64,000 nucleotides of DNA from Macrostomum lignano (GCA_002269645.1 NIVC01000655.1:310001-374000); one strand, 5' to 3'; shown: positions 46,201 through 58,150, counted from the first letter of the stretch. Numbers and translations are program-made. Notes: a model not told the origin generated them from the letters alone.

Positions 46201-49200
46201 ATTGGAGTGATTGCGCGTTTGCGCTCTTTTTCTTGAAACCAATTGCGCACCTGCGCACCTAGCAGGAGTGTCCGCAGCTTTTTTAAATTCGCTCCAATAG
46301 GGATGTAAAGCATGAAAACAATAGTTCTTATCTAGAATTATTTTTTAAGACTTTTTTGTCTTTTAAAAAGCTTTTTTAGATCATTACCTTTTATTGAATG
46401 TGTGCAGATTTGTTTCACAATTTTATCCTATGTTTTTGGATTTTGCCAATTAATTGTAAGACTTGTAGGCCTTATAGAGCTATTTTTTCATTGCTTACAA
46501 AATGTAGTAGGCCTAATGGCTTTTTCTTTATAAATCCCAACTGCTAAGCCACCAAGTTGTTGCAGTGGTTACTTCTCTCTTCTTAATTAATTTTATGGCT
46601 GTTACCAAAGTTGTCCAAGTACTGTAATTATATTTACCTATTTCTTAGAAACAATTTGTGAATAATTTATTTAGTACTTTTTTGGCATTTGCTTGTTATA
46701 ATTTTATGAAGTGTCTTATATATAATAATTTTCTAGTGGTCTTCTAATAGTATTCTGAGTAATTTTATGGGAAATTCCACATAATTGTAATACTTAGTTG
46801 CAATACTTATAGAAAAATATCAGACTGACTTATTGTAGATTGACATAGTCTCTGGTATATACTGTTGTGTCCCTCACAATAGATAGCATTTTTTGCCAGA
46901 CTGGCTATAGATGGCCATGGTAAAAATTGTCACCTAAACTTGACTCTAGTAAGCACTTTGCATTGTATCCTGGCTGGCTCAAGCATAATTCTTGCTGAAG
47001 TCAAAGTGAATAGCAATTTTATTTGGCTGGAGTTTATCCTTCTGCTGCTATTAGAAATCTGCTTGAGCCTATTTAGTCAGGTGATGCAGCACAAATTTAG
47101 GCAGCAAGTCCTTTAGCCAAACCAGTGTAGCTTCAACTGTCTTCTGGATAGTCTCCTGTTGCATTCTGCCATTCTTGGACTTAACCAAGGACTTCTCTAT
47201 ATAGCATCTAGACTGGAAGCTCCCCACCCACATATACCTTAGAGGGGCAAAAGCCTTTCCCAAAATAGCTTAGATCCTAGTTACATTGTATATTAGATAG
47301 CTGGCCATTATGGACTTATAAAATCATGAGCCTAAAAAAAATTCATTTATAATGATTTAGATTTATTTTTTTAATAATTTTGATTATTAAAAATTTTGAT
47401 TTTCGATTCAATTTTGATAAATTTCGATAACTTTGATGCTCTCAACTGAAGGTAGCTTTCAATATCTAGACCATTCTTTGAACCAACTTTGGCTGAAGCA
47501 GACCGAAGGGTTCAATCAGATGGAAAACAGAGGATGTCCTACTCCAGTATTGTCTAATAAGCCAAAGTGCTGGTGGAGTACAGAACATAAGCAAAGATCA
47601 TGAGCTGCTGTGAATATCTCCTGCAGCTCGGCTGCCTGCTGAGTTTCAGCTGCTCCAAGATGAAGCCAACAGTGCAATTCTCAACAAGATTCTCCATGTC
47701 TTCTAGAAGATCTTAGGCCATGTCAAGCATATGTTTGGTCTTACCTTCAGCTTTGGCACTGTCAGTGTTTACCTCCCAGTTCTTGACTAGTTGACTGAGA
47801 GTTGATACTTTCCTATCCAAAAGTAAGTCTCTGAGTCGGGTTGGCTTTAGCAACACTCCATTGACTCCAATAGTGATGCTGTGGTCTTTAGCCATGCAGA
47901 TGTAGCAGGAGACATGAAAGGAAGGCTCCATGTTCAGTGCGTAGATGCAGCTGGTCAGCAAGCATGGTGGTATGAAATCCTGCCAGTTTTATTTCCTTTC
48001 AATTCAGTTTTAGCTGCACTTCATCAAGGTAGTTGTCTATAATTGAGTCCGCATCTCGGAACTCATCAATTTGGCCTTGCAATGCAGTATTTTCTCTCTC
48101 CAAGTGCTGAGTTGATGTTGCCGCAGTTGACCTTGGTTCTGCCTTGGCAGAAGAGAGATAAGGAGTATTTGGGAAGATAGACGGCACTGTCCCTGGCTTC
48201 AGACATTGCCTCGACAGTTGGTCCCAGCCCTTCTTGCGGTTCACGCTGGTGTCCAAAGAGTTTTCCACAAAGTCTTGGGGGTGGAAGTGTGCAGAGCAAA
48301 TGGTTGAGCTTTTGGTAGGCTTGAAGTTTTGCCTTAGATTTGCTCGCTTCCATTGTTCAAGAAGGACTGCATTGTGCATAGGATAGCCATGAGAGCTCAG
48401 TCCCTTGTCCAAGGAGGCTCGATTAGTGCAGCCTTGGGCTAAGCACGACTTAACCATTTTGTTGGAACAAAATTGTCAGTGCTTAAAGCAACTGTAGCAG
48501 TGTCATTGAAATTGTGAAATTGATAAGGCAGGCGCTGAAGGCAAAATTTTCTTTGCCAATATGGTAATGGCTAGAGTTCCAGCGCCGGAGCCCATTTTCT
48601 GGTAGCTAGGGATCCAGCATATAAAGCATATAAAGACTGCTAAGAACATATCTTAAGAAGTCTGGATATTAGAAGTATCTCATCCCAAATCTTATCATAT
48701 TGTCTTAAATTTTAATCTAAAACAAAATCTCAATATCAGCCACATGTAGAAAGAAAAATATAATGTTCCATCTATATTATAATGGCACTGCCGGATCCGT
48801 AGCCATTGGAAAGTGGGTTCCGGTGCTGGAACTCTAGCCATTGCCTTTCATTATTGTATAGTACAGCCAGCTTGTCAGTATATATAGAATGTGGGAGTGG
48901 GACTCCCATTCATCACCTCCAGTCATGACTCAGTCCAAATAGCAGACTAGTTTTCAAGATTTACATGTTACATGTTAAAGATTCATTGTTGGGGATAAAC
49001 TTTACCCCATTAGCTTTTCCCTGCATGCGCCTGAACTTTGCTTCTTTTCTGTCTACAGTGTCTTTGTCATGTTTATGGCCAGCTTGACAGTTAAATTTTT
49101 CCTGTCTCTTTTCCTCCTTCTGGGTCTTTTCTTCTTTTGTCCCTGTGAGGTATAGAGACAGAAAAAAAATTGCAAAGCTTCCAGTCCAGATGCTATATAG

Positions 49201-52200
49201 AAAAGTCCCTGACTTAACCCACTGAATGAATTCAATAGGCATGGTCTGCTCTTTAGCTGTTGGCACTAGAAGATGGAGACTCTCTGCCTTGCTGCAAAGC
49301 AGACACCTGGTAATCCTACATGACTCGCCAGGCTCTTTACAAATGACATACTTTTCTATATATGCCCATGAGTATGAATTGAGTCCCACAATCTTCTTGG
49401 CCAAGGCATTTCAGATGCTAGCAAATTTAGGTCAAATAAAAGAGATATATAAGTATGCAAACATTATATTTTATCCTTTACTAACTGATTGGCAATTGCC
49501 CTACTCATTAATCTTACTTCTGGAAGTTGGAATGGTATATGCAGCACAAGCTTCTAGTGGTGTCTGGCTGAAAGGTAATATGTGTCTAGGCCTTAACTTG
49601 GCAAACTTTGATAACAAAATGTTCATATCTGGGTTGTCCTCAAAGAAATTACACAGGCCATTCCATATAATTATTGTCGCAACATGACAGACTGTTTTTG
49701 CTTATAAAATGAAATCTAATAATAGAATATACTAAACCAATATTTTGAATGAAAGATTATTTTGTCAATAATATGTTTATAAAGTTTCATATAGATATCA
49801 TCATTAGTATAGATGCTATTAAACCTTGAATGGCACTTATGGTCGTAACAACAGGATTTTTGACATATAGAAACTAAAAGGTAAAAGTCTTATAATATTT
49901 TTCATTTTTGATATTTTGCAACAATTTTTTTTAAATTTGACTAAGAACATCTTTAGAAGTCATACTCTTTTATTAGAATATATAAACTCAAAAAGGCAAC
50001 AAAGATACAAAAGAAAAGGCAGCCTTATGGTCGTAACATGGTCGTAACATATTTTTTTCTGTCAATTCAGTAACTTTGAAGTACTAATATATTAAAAATA
50101 TAATAGATTATATGGTTGCTAATGTTTTTATCTGATGATGCAAGTACTATAATATTATATATAGTTTGTTTTAACCTTCTAAAGCTTTCTATTTGTTTTT
50201 AAAAGTTACATAAACTTAATGATGTCTTTTGCTTATAAAATATCCAATTTTTTACAAAAATAACTTTTTGCCAATTGATAACACACTAATTTAACATTTT
50301 ATCATTTATTAATTCTTATATTGTATGTACATTATATACAAAAAAGATTTGGTACAAAAAATTAACTGATTAGGCAATGGCAAGCAAAATATTGACTTTT
50401 TTCTATATTTTCTATATCTTATATGAATGGGCCACACTTAAATATTTATTATTGCAGCATGTATGCAGGAAATTTTTAATTGATTCAGTGGAAGCTAAGT
50501 AAAATGTAATTTTTTATTTTTATGGGAATTCCTGTTACCTAGCTTTCAAATCAGATGTTTCTTGTATGCTTTAGTGACAAAAAACAATGAGATTACACTT
50601 TCACAAAATAATTTTTGGGTAACTTCTGGCATACATCTAACATGATCTTGACTATAGGGTGTTTAAGTATTTCTTCAAAGATGTCCCACTTGGATAGAAG
50701 CTTGAAGCAGATTTTTATTTCTTAAACAAATTTTAATATAGGTGTAAGGCTTTGACTGTTTCATTTTTGGAGCTCTAAATAAAGTGTTTTTGGCAAAGAA
50801 ATAAGTGTTTTATATATTTACTTAGGTTCCAATCACTTTATATGCATCTAACTTTGGCCAATCAGTTTTCGCTTATGATAAAAAAACAGGGGGTGAAGCA
50901 ATTTTATGGTTTCAACAATAAATGACCATTTCTTTGAGTTGCAACAATAGTTACACAATATAAATAGACCAAGACAAGTAAAAGTGAACTGAAGAAATGA
51001 CTAATAAAGTCTTAACACTCCCCAGAAAATGAAACAATTGTGTGTCGTTTTACTTTTGTGCAGATTAAAGTTTATAAATATTTGTGATCTATTTTTACAT
51101 TGTATTCAATTTAGATTCCCTTGGGAAACAAGGAAATTTCACATATTTATGATACTCTTTACTATTTAAATAGTTGTACAATATGACTGCTGTGTGCTAT
51201 AAGTAATCAATTCAAATATAATTAAAATATTTTTGTATTTCTATAAAAAATCTTGAGATTCAGACAATAATTACGCTTGACTTCCAATCCAATACAATCT
51301 GGCATTTCAACAGGAAGCGATCCTACTCGTCTAGCAGCTCTTCTAGAAGCAGTGGCGCCGATGGCGGAGCCTCCACCGATTCAGACTTGGAGACGCTCAA
51401 AGAGATCGATCGTAAGATTCTCGAGGCCAAACGGAAGGAAGAAGAAGAGAAACAGTTGGCAATTGAGAATGAAAGGTTTGTGGAATGTATTGTAATAATA
51501 ACAAAATAGTCTAGCCGATATGTATTAAAAAAAGACTTGTATTGTCTACTTGTGTAGTGTAGCCGATATGTATCGAAAAAACACTTGTATTGTCTACTTG
51601 TGTACTGTAGCCGATATGTATCGAAAAACAATTGTTTTGTCTGCTTCTGTACTATAGACGATATGTATCGAAGCTAAGAAAACTACCTATATAAAAATCG
51701 CAGGCGCGAACGTATGCGCCAGGAGCGTCAGCGCGCAATGGAAGAGAAACTACTCGAAGCCGAGGTCTCCAAACGCGTCCAAGAAGAGGTCGAGCGTCGG
51801 GTTCGCGAAGCTGTCGCCGAGCGGCAGGCCGAAATCGAAGCGGAAGTGATGCGTCGGGTGGACGCCTACCGGGCGGAGTTGGAACGGAAACTCGCCGACG
51901 AAGTGCAGCGACAGCACGAGGCCCGAATGGAAGCCGAACGACGCAAGGAGGTAACGGAAGAGGGCACAGAATTTGGTTCAGAGAGTCGGAGAGAACAAAG
52001 ATAACCCCGAAAAATATATTATTTTATTTCTTTCAGATTTGCTTATATTATTATGAAGAGTATCATTATTTTTGCAAAAGAAAGCCCCTTTTTCCTAAAT
52101 TATGTTTTACTTGATGCCGTTATATATTGTTTCGAATCTATTGATAATTTGGTGCTGAAATTGTGTTGGCAAAAAAGCGCATTGCAACTTGGTGGATCTG

Positions 52201-53855
52201 TGGCTGGCCGATCCAGCAGCGCTCTGTCCATTGGCCCCACGCGCGCCTCTCAACTGGCAGCTAGCTGTATCTAAGGACGCGATTCTCGTCAGCTGGGTAA
52301 AATCAACGCTAATTTTGTTTGTTTGTTTATTTGCGTGAAAATAATTCAAAAGAAAATAAACATCATTATCGATGCTTGTTTGAAAATTCGTAAGTAAAAA
52401 CAAAAAATCATCAGCACAAATCAATTGATATTTCCAGTGCTGCATTCCGGACAGCGGACACTTCTCAGACTCTTGGACACCGAAGCTTTTATTCTGCATA
52501 ATTAAATCAATTCTGTTCCTAATAAAAATAAAAATCTCATTAAAAATGTTGTGGAACGCTACTATTAGTAGCGCAGTAAAGACATAAAAATGAAGTTGTT
52601 TCAAAAAATAAAGCAAACAAATTCCTATCCTTGCGTCTCCCGCCCCCGAAAATTCTTTTTTTGGGGGAAATTTTTCCCACCTACGTCGGCACAGGATGAA
52701 GAACGGAAACGCCAAGAAGAGCTGGCTCGCATTGAAGAGGAGAACAATCGCAAGATACAAGAGGCTCTGCGTAAACAGGTAAGTTGATTTAGAGACGGTG
52801 TATTCTAGACCTGGTTCGACTCTTGACCCAGTTCATTAGCTCGTTTAGTTGATCCTTCACCCGCTTCCTACACTTTATTCACTTAGAAAGCGCCTGACCT
52901 ACTTAGTGGACCCCGACTGACTTAGGAACCTCTTAAATCACTTTAAAGATTCTTGACCCATTAAGTTGACCCCTGACTCAGTTAAACCTTGGTTCAATAA
53001 GTTGACCCTTGACTCAGTTGACCCCTGACTGTCTCGACAGGCAAGGGTCGACAGGCAGTTGACCCTTGGCTCAGTTGACCCTTGACTCAATTGACCCCTG
53101 ACTCAATAAGTTGACCTTTGCCTCAGTTGACCCTTGACTTAATAAGTTGACCCCAGACTCAGTTGACCTCTGACTCAATAAGTTGACCCTTGACTCAATT
53201 GACCCCTGACTCAATAAGTTGACCTTTGCCTCAGTTGACCCTTGACTTAATAAGTTGACCCCAGACTCAGTTGACCTCTGACTCAATAAGTTGACCCTTG
53301 ACTCAATTGACCCCTGACTCAATAAGTTGACCTTTGCCTCAGTTGACCCTTGACTTAATAAGTTGACCCCAGACTCAGTTGACCTCTGACTCAATAAGTT
53401 GACGCTTGACTCAATTGACCCCTGGCTCAATAAGTTGACCCTTGACTCAATTGACCCCTGACTCAATAAGTTGACCCTTGACTCAATTGACCCCTGACTC
53501 AATAAGTTGACCCTTGACTCAATTGACCCCTGACTCAATAAGTTGACCCTTGACTCAATTGACCCCTGACTCAATAAGTTGTCCCCTGACTCAGTTGTCC
53601 CCTGACTCAATTGTCCCCTGACTCAGTTGACCCATGGCTCATTGAGCTGACCTTGGACTCACCACTAATCCCCCGCTGTTAATCCCATCCCGCCAGGCGG
53701 AGGAGCAGCTGGACAAGGTGGAGCGTGAAAGACGCGAACTCGAATCTCGGCAGCAGGTTGAAGACGAGCAACGTCGAGTTCACAGCGTCCAACAGGAGAT
53801 GATCCTGAACAAGAAGAAGGCCCGGCCTAAGCTGGCGTTTAGCATCAAAAAGTGA
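34207..53855 (+). CDS. ARGLU1: Arginine- and glutamate-rich protein 1
   Basis: Exons 34207-34430, 51314-51475, 51704-51950, 52695-52778, 53697-53855, phases consistent. MGRSRSRS N-terminus, EEKLLEAEVSKRVQEEV coiled coil, 84-nt EELARIEEENNRKIQEA exon, AEEQL start of the last exon, RPKLAFS C-terminus. Confidence 0.9.
34672..35335. mobile_element. Possible non-autonomous Helitron-like repeat containing a CT-rich tract
   Basis: The 5' part (ACAAGCTGTTAAAACCCGC..CGGAACTATTTTTTGCATA) recurs at ~32265-32370; CT-rich microsatellite at 34905-35175. The family assignment rests on resemblance only. Confidence 0.35.
36021..36467. mobile_element. 447-bp non-autonomous DNA transposon, GG..CC termini, 8-bp TSD (MULE/Merlin-like)
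   Basis: TSD TGTTATAA at 36013-36020 and 36468-36475; imperfect TIRs; repeated GTCA(C/T)TTCGTCAT subterminal motifs that invert at the right end. Confidence 0.7.
39135..39607. repeat. Two-copy 238-bp direct duplication inside the transposon's left arm
   Basis: TTCTAGCGGTGCATG starts at 39135 and 39373; the copies are nearly identical. Confidence 0.9.
40552..45144 (+). pseudogene. Four-exon ~1350-aa DDE transposase (hAT-like RNase H fold, Zn fingers) with one frameshift and one nonsense codon
   Basis: Exons 40552-42051, 42198-42466, 42633-43084, 43311-45144. CxxC..HxxxxxH finger (RCTLC..KDHCNCATH); TMDKST, ADGQY, WDAAH, KTRF and EAIVES motifs. Frameshift at the T7 run 42912-42918; in-frame TAG at 43735-43737. 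Confidence 0.8.
45295..45707. repeat. 61-bp tandem repeat (~7 copies) inside the transposon's right arm
   Basis: Unit CTTAGGGGCCTGTGGCTGCACGCCACTGCTAGTTGAGCTGCATTGTATCCAGTTAAGGCTA, head-to-tail with no spacers. Confidence 0.95.
47999..48457 (-). pseudogene. THAP (C2CH zinc finger) domain ORF; N-terminus of a broken P-like transposase
   Basis: MVKSCLAQGCTN..HGYP..QWKRAN..ICSAHFHPQDF is the THAP signature; downstream frames are broken by stops. Confidence 0.8.
48563..48845. mobile_element. ~280-bp inverted-repeat element (MITE-like) inside the P-like element
   Basis: About 50-bp TIRs: AATGGCTAGAGTTCCAGCGCCGGAGCCC.. versus ..GGGTTCCGGTGCTGGAACTCTAGCCATT. TSD not identified. Confidence 0.65.
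51505..51675. repeat. ~45-bp tandem repeat in ARGLU1 intron 2
   Basis: About 4 copies of TAGCCGATATGTATCGAAAAA..TGTCTACTTGTGT. Confidence 0.8.
52950..53660. repeat. Minisatellite built of GTTGACCC(C/T)TGACTCAAT(AA) subunits in ARGLU1 intron 4
   Basis: ~18-21-bp subunits in ~39-bp pairs. Confidence 0.93.
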
Positions 53856-54169
53856 AGCAGAAGTGGCCACGGCAGAGTTCAGGACTCAGCTATAAAAATT
53901 GCATGCTTTATTCTTTATTTTTCTCCTGTTGCGGATCTTGAAAAGTCTGATTTCATGTTACATTTATTTTTACTGATTGCCTGTCGCGCGGCCTGGCTGC
54001 GAAGTTCTTTATAATTCTCTGTTAATAATTAACTGCCGAGTTTATCATCATGTTGCTACTGCTCATCAGTAACTACTTGAGGTTATTGTTATAGTAGCCT
54101 CACTTCCCTCACCTTTTTTAATATTGCTCTCTGCATGTAGTACATGCACCAACTGCTGCAGTTCGCTGT

Positions 54170-54173
54170 CTCC

Positions 54174-54220
<47 letters not shown>

Positions 54221-54224
54221 GCCC

Positions 54225-54260
<36 letters not shown>

Positions 54261-54264
54261 GCCC

Positions 54265-54304
<40 letters not shown>

Positions 54305-54340
54305 GCCCGTCTGTCTGTCTGTCTGTCTGTCTGTCTGCCC

Positions 54341-54380
<40 letters not shown>

Positions 54381-54396
54381 GCCCGTCTGTCTGCCC

Positions 54397-54440
<44 letters not shown>

Positions 54441-54488
54441 GCCCGTCTGTCTGTCTGTCTGTCTGTCTGTCTGCCCGTCTGTCTGCCC

Positions 54489-54520
<32 letters not shown>

Positions 54521-54797
54521 GCCCGTCTGTCTGTCTGTCTGTCTGTCTTCGTGTCTGTCTGCCTGTCTGTCTGTCTTCGTGTCTGTCTGTCGGTCTGTTT
54601 GTCTTCGTGTCTGTCTGCCTGTCTGTCTGTCGGTCTGTCTGTCTGCCTGTCTGTCTGTCGGTCTGTCTGTCGGTCTGTCTGCCTGTCTGTCTGTCTTCGT
54701 GTCTGTCTGTCGGTCTGTCTCTGCCTGCCTGTCTTCGTGTCTGTCCATCTGTCTGTCGGTGTGTCTGTCTGGCTGCCTGCCTGTTTGTCTGTCTGTT
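54170..54797. repeat. (CTGT)n / (GACA)n microsatellite
   Basis: Direct inspection. Confidence 0.97.
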
Positions 54798-55074
54798 TCA
54801 ACATATATTGTGGAAAAATAATACAATGATCAATCAAATTTCCTAATGAAATTCTCTAATTTAACTGTTTAACAATTCCCAACAAAATCCGTGTCGCTAA
54901 AGTACCCTCTTAGCAATTGCTTATTTGTTGCTGTCTAATATTATACTATCCACAAGAGTTGCAGCTGCAAAAGCTGTTAAACTTTTTCCATTAATGAATT
55001 TTAAAGTGTGCAACAAAATTTGGTTGATTGTAAAAGGATGCCTAGCCTTAGTCCTCTAGTGTTTTAAATTTCTC

Positions 55075-55866
55075 TATCATTCACCCACTCAGAGCTCACT
55101 CTCCCTCATTCACCCTTCAGTATCTCACTCTCTCCCTCATTCACCCCTTCAGTATCTCACTCTCTCCCTCATTCACCCTTCAGTATCTCACTCTCTCCCT
55201 CATTCACCCTTCAGTATCTCACTCTCCCTCATTCACTCCTTCAGTATCTCACTCTCCCTACTCACCCCTTCAGTATCTCACTCTCCCTCATTCACTCCTT
55301 CAGTATCTCACTCTCCCTCATTCACTCCTTCAGTATCTCATTCTCTCCCTCATTCACTCCTTCAGTATCTCTCTCTCCCTACTCACCCCTTCAGTATCTC
55401 ACTCTCCCTGTTCACCCCTTCAGTATCTCACTCTCCCTCATTCACTCCTTCAGTATCTCACTCTCCCTCATTCACTCCTTCAGTATCTCACTCTCCCTAC
55501 TCACTCCTTCAGTATCTCACTCTCCCTCATTCACTCCTTCAGTATCTCACTCTCCCTCATTCACTCCTTCAGTATCTCATTCTCTCCCTCATTCACTCCT
55601 TCAGTATCTCTCTCTCCCTACTCACCCCTTCAGTATCTCACTCTCCCTGTTCACCCCTTCAGTATCTCACTCTCCCTCATTCACTCCTTCAGTATCTCAC
55701 TCTCCCTCATTCACTCCTTCAGTATCTCATTCTCTCCCTCATTCACTCCTTCTGTATCTCACTCTCCCTCATTCACTCCTTCAGTATCTCACTCTCCCTC
55801 ATTCACCCCTCCAGTATCTCACTCTCCCTCATTCACTCCTTCAGTATCTCACTCTCCCTCATTCAC
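55075..55866. repeat. ~31-bp pyrimidine-rich minisatellite CACTCTCCCTCATTCACTCCTTCAGTATCT
   Basis: About 25 copies. Confidence 0.96.
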
Positions 55867-56233
55867 ATTCGCAGGGTAGCGCTCACTCTCAATTTTGTTT
55901 AATAAATTTGTTTCAAGTCTTTATTCGCCACATGTTGGCACCGAGAGCTGGCTCATGCATGTATTTTTGTCGGTATATTTGTGCACAGCACTATACCACT
56001 GCATATATTAGAAATAATTTAAGGAAAGCTGATATCATAGCTGGGAATTATTGGTCTTTTCAATTAACAAGAAGCTTTAGTCAGCTCAGTAGATTAAAGA
56101 ACTTAATTAAGTTCGCTATAAGTGATTTTTAGTTGCTAATGTAAGTATAATATAAAAGTGCCTATACTGCAGTAATCGGAAACGTTTTCCACCTTTATGT
56201 GGCTGTGCAGCTGGGTAAGTTGCGCCATTAGAA

Positions 56234-56631
56234 TTACTCTCTCTCCATGGCCTGGGTGTTGAGTGTAATATGCTTGACCTCCTGGCCCTCCTGGCACAGG
56301 GCGCACATATGGCAGAAGAAGTGCGTCAGAAGGTCGCTGCAACAGCCGCCCGGGATGTCCTGCTTCTCGCGCAGTTTGCCGCGCATAATGCAGCCCAGAA
56401 TGATGGGGCAGAATAGGTAGGCACAGCCGCACAGGCAGCAGCTGTCTCCCACAGCCTCTGCATTCTTGCCGAATGCGTAGCACGGGCAGAAATATGTTAT
56501 TAGGGCCACACCTGCAGATTAGCGGGAATTCCGCGGTTTGTGTCGTCTGTTTCCTCAATCAACACTTCAATCAGGCCCTTCTTACCGCAGTCGTCAAAGC
56601 AGCCGCACAGTCCGTGTCTGAAGCTGGACAT
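56234..56631 (-). CDS. PLAC8/cornifelin family cysteine-rich protein (107 aa)
   Basis: Exons 56631-56586 (MSSFRHGLCGCFDDC) and 56511-56234, 74-bp phase-1 GT/AG intron; motifs GLCGCFDD, FCPC..FG.NAE, R.KLRE...I.G..C.D, FCH.CALCQE. Confidence 0.92.
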
Positions 56632-57149
56632 CTTACGAGTGTATTATAATTATCCTGCTTTACTTGGCGTTGCCGGCTCTTGTCCTAAGTAATTGTAATG
56701 CAGAGTTAGATAGATAATAATTATTGATATTACATGTAAATTGAACCCTGTTCAAAGTTCTTTAATACAATATACGAGTTTTATTTAACAAAGCCAGGGC
56801 TAATGGGACATGCATACTCGTGCAAGCTCGTAAGCGTATCTGGGTTGTTACATAATAGAAAATTCTTAGAATTAAATATATTTATAGTCGCATCTGATGA
56901 TATGATTAATTAAATTTTTCATTTATAACGCGTACCCTAAACCACTTTGAATGCATTTGTGTGCTGTGGTTACTGGCATACTATCATATTATATGCACAT
57001 GTACATGTAGCTCTTTAATCTAAGTGGGTTCTGGAATTGCGCAGTTACAGGCGACTGTACCAGATAGCTGCCACTTCTTACATGCTATTATATGCAGCAC
57101 GCTCCCGAGACCTCTAGTGTTCCAAATCTGCTTTTACTCGATTGCTGCT

Positions 57150-58150
57150 ATCTGTGTCCACTCTGTCCTTAGCCTGTGTCCACTCTGTCCTTAGCCTGTG
57201 TCCTCTCCTAGCCTGTGTCCACTCTATTCCTAAGCCTATGTCCACTCTGCTCCTAAGCCTGTGCCCACTCTGTTCCTAAGCCTGTGTCGACTCTATATTC
57301 CTAAGCCTGTGTCCACTCTGTTCCTAAGCCTATTTCCACTCTGTTCCTAAGCCTGTGTCCACTGTTTCCTAAGCCTGTGTCCACTGTTCCTAAGCCTGTG
57401 TCCACTCTGTTCCTAAGCCTGTGCCCACACTGTTCCTAAGCCTGTGTCCACTGTTTCCTAAGCCTGTGTCCACTGTTCCTAAGCCTGTGTCCACTCTGTT
57501 CCTAAGCCTGTGTCCACTGTTTCCTAAGCCTGTGTCCACTGTTCCTAAGCCTGTGTCCACTCTGTTCCTAAGCCTGTGTCCACTGTTCCTAAGCCTGTGT
57601 CCACTGTTTCCTAAGCCTGTGTCCACTGTTTCCTAAGCCTGTGTCCACTGTTCCTAAGCCTGCGTCCACTCTGTTCCTAAGCCTGTGTCCACTCTCTATT
57701 CCTAAGCCTATGTCCACTCTGTTCCTAAGCCTGTGTCCACTCTATTTCTAAGCCTAGCTGTTTCCACTCTGTTTCTAAGCCTGTGTCCACTGTTTCCTAA
57801 GCCTGTGTCCACTGTTCCTAAGCCTATTTCCACTCTGTTCCTAAGCCTGTGTCCACTGTTTCCTAAGCCTGTGTCCACTGTTCCTAAGCCTGTGTCCACT
57901 CTGTTCCTAAGCCTGTGTCCACTGTTTTCTAAGCCTGTGTCCACTGTTCCTAAGCCTGTGTCCACTCTGTTCCTAAGCCTGTGTCCACTCTGTTCCTAAG
58001 CCTATGTCCACTCTGTTCCTAAGCCTGTGTCCACTGTTTCCTAAGCCTGTGTCCACTGTTCCTAAGCCTGTGTCCACTCTGTTCCTAAGCCTGTGTCCAC
58101 ACTGTTCCTAAGCCTGTGTCCACTGTTTCCTAAGCCTGTGTCCACTCTGT
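57150..58150. repeat. ~21-24-bp minisatellite CCTAAGCCTGTGTCCACTCTGTT
   Basis: About 44 copies. Confidence 0.97.

Larger units (their letters stand above)
38344..46302 (+). mobile_element. 7.96-kb hAT-related DNA transposon with CCC..GGG termini, 16-bp TIR, 8-bp TSD
   Basis: TIR CCCCATTGGAGCGAAT / ATTCGCTCCAATAGGG (1 mismatch); perfect TSD ATGTAAAG at 38336-38343 and 46303-46310; encloses a spliced transposase, subterminal hairpins, a 238-bp direct duplication and a 61-bp tandem array. Confidence 0.9.
47186..49211 (-). mobile_element. 2.0-kb THAP-domain P-element-like transposon (degenerate), CA..TG termini
   Basis: 36-bp TIR CAAGGACTTCTCTATATAGCATCTAGACTGGAAGCT / AGCTTCCAGTCCAGATGCTATATAGAAAAGTCCCTG (3 mismatches); TSD ACTTAAC at 47179-47185 and 49212-49218; internal THAP ORF. 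Confidence 0.82.
46500..49700 (-). pseudogene. Decayed Sola2-like transposase remnant, interrupted by the P-like element (pieces ~49700-49212 and 47185-~46500)
   Basis: Removing the insert rejoins IEFIQWVK/SKNGRMQQETIQK..LPKFVLHHLTK; downstream HFDFSKNY..QDTMQSAY and NFGNSH..LGG remnants; many stops. The Sola2 label comes from recalled DFSENY / HGKxxxDG motifs. Confidence 0.55.
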
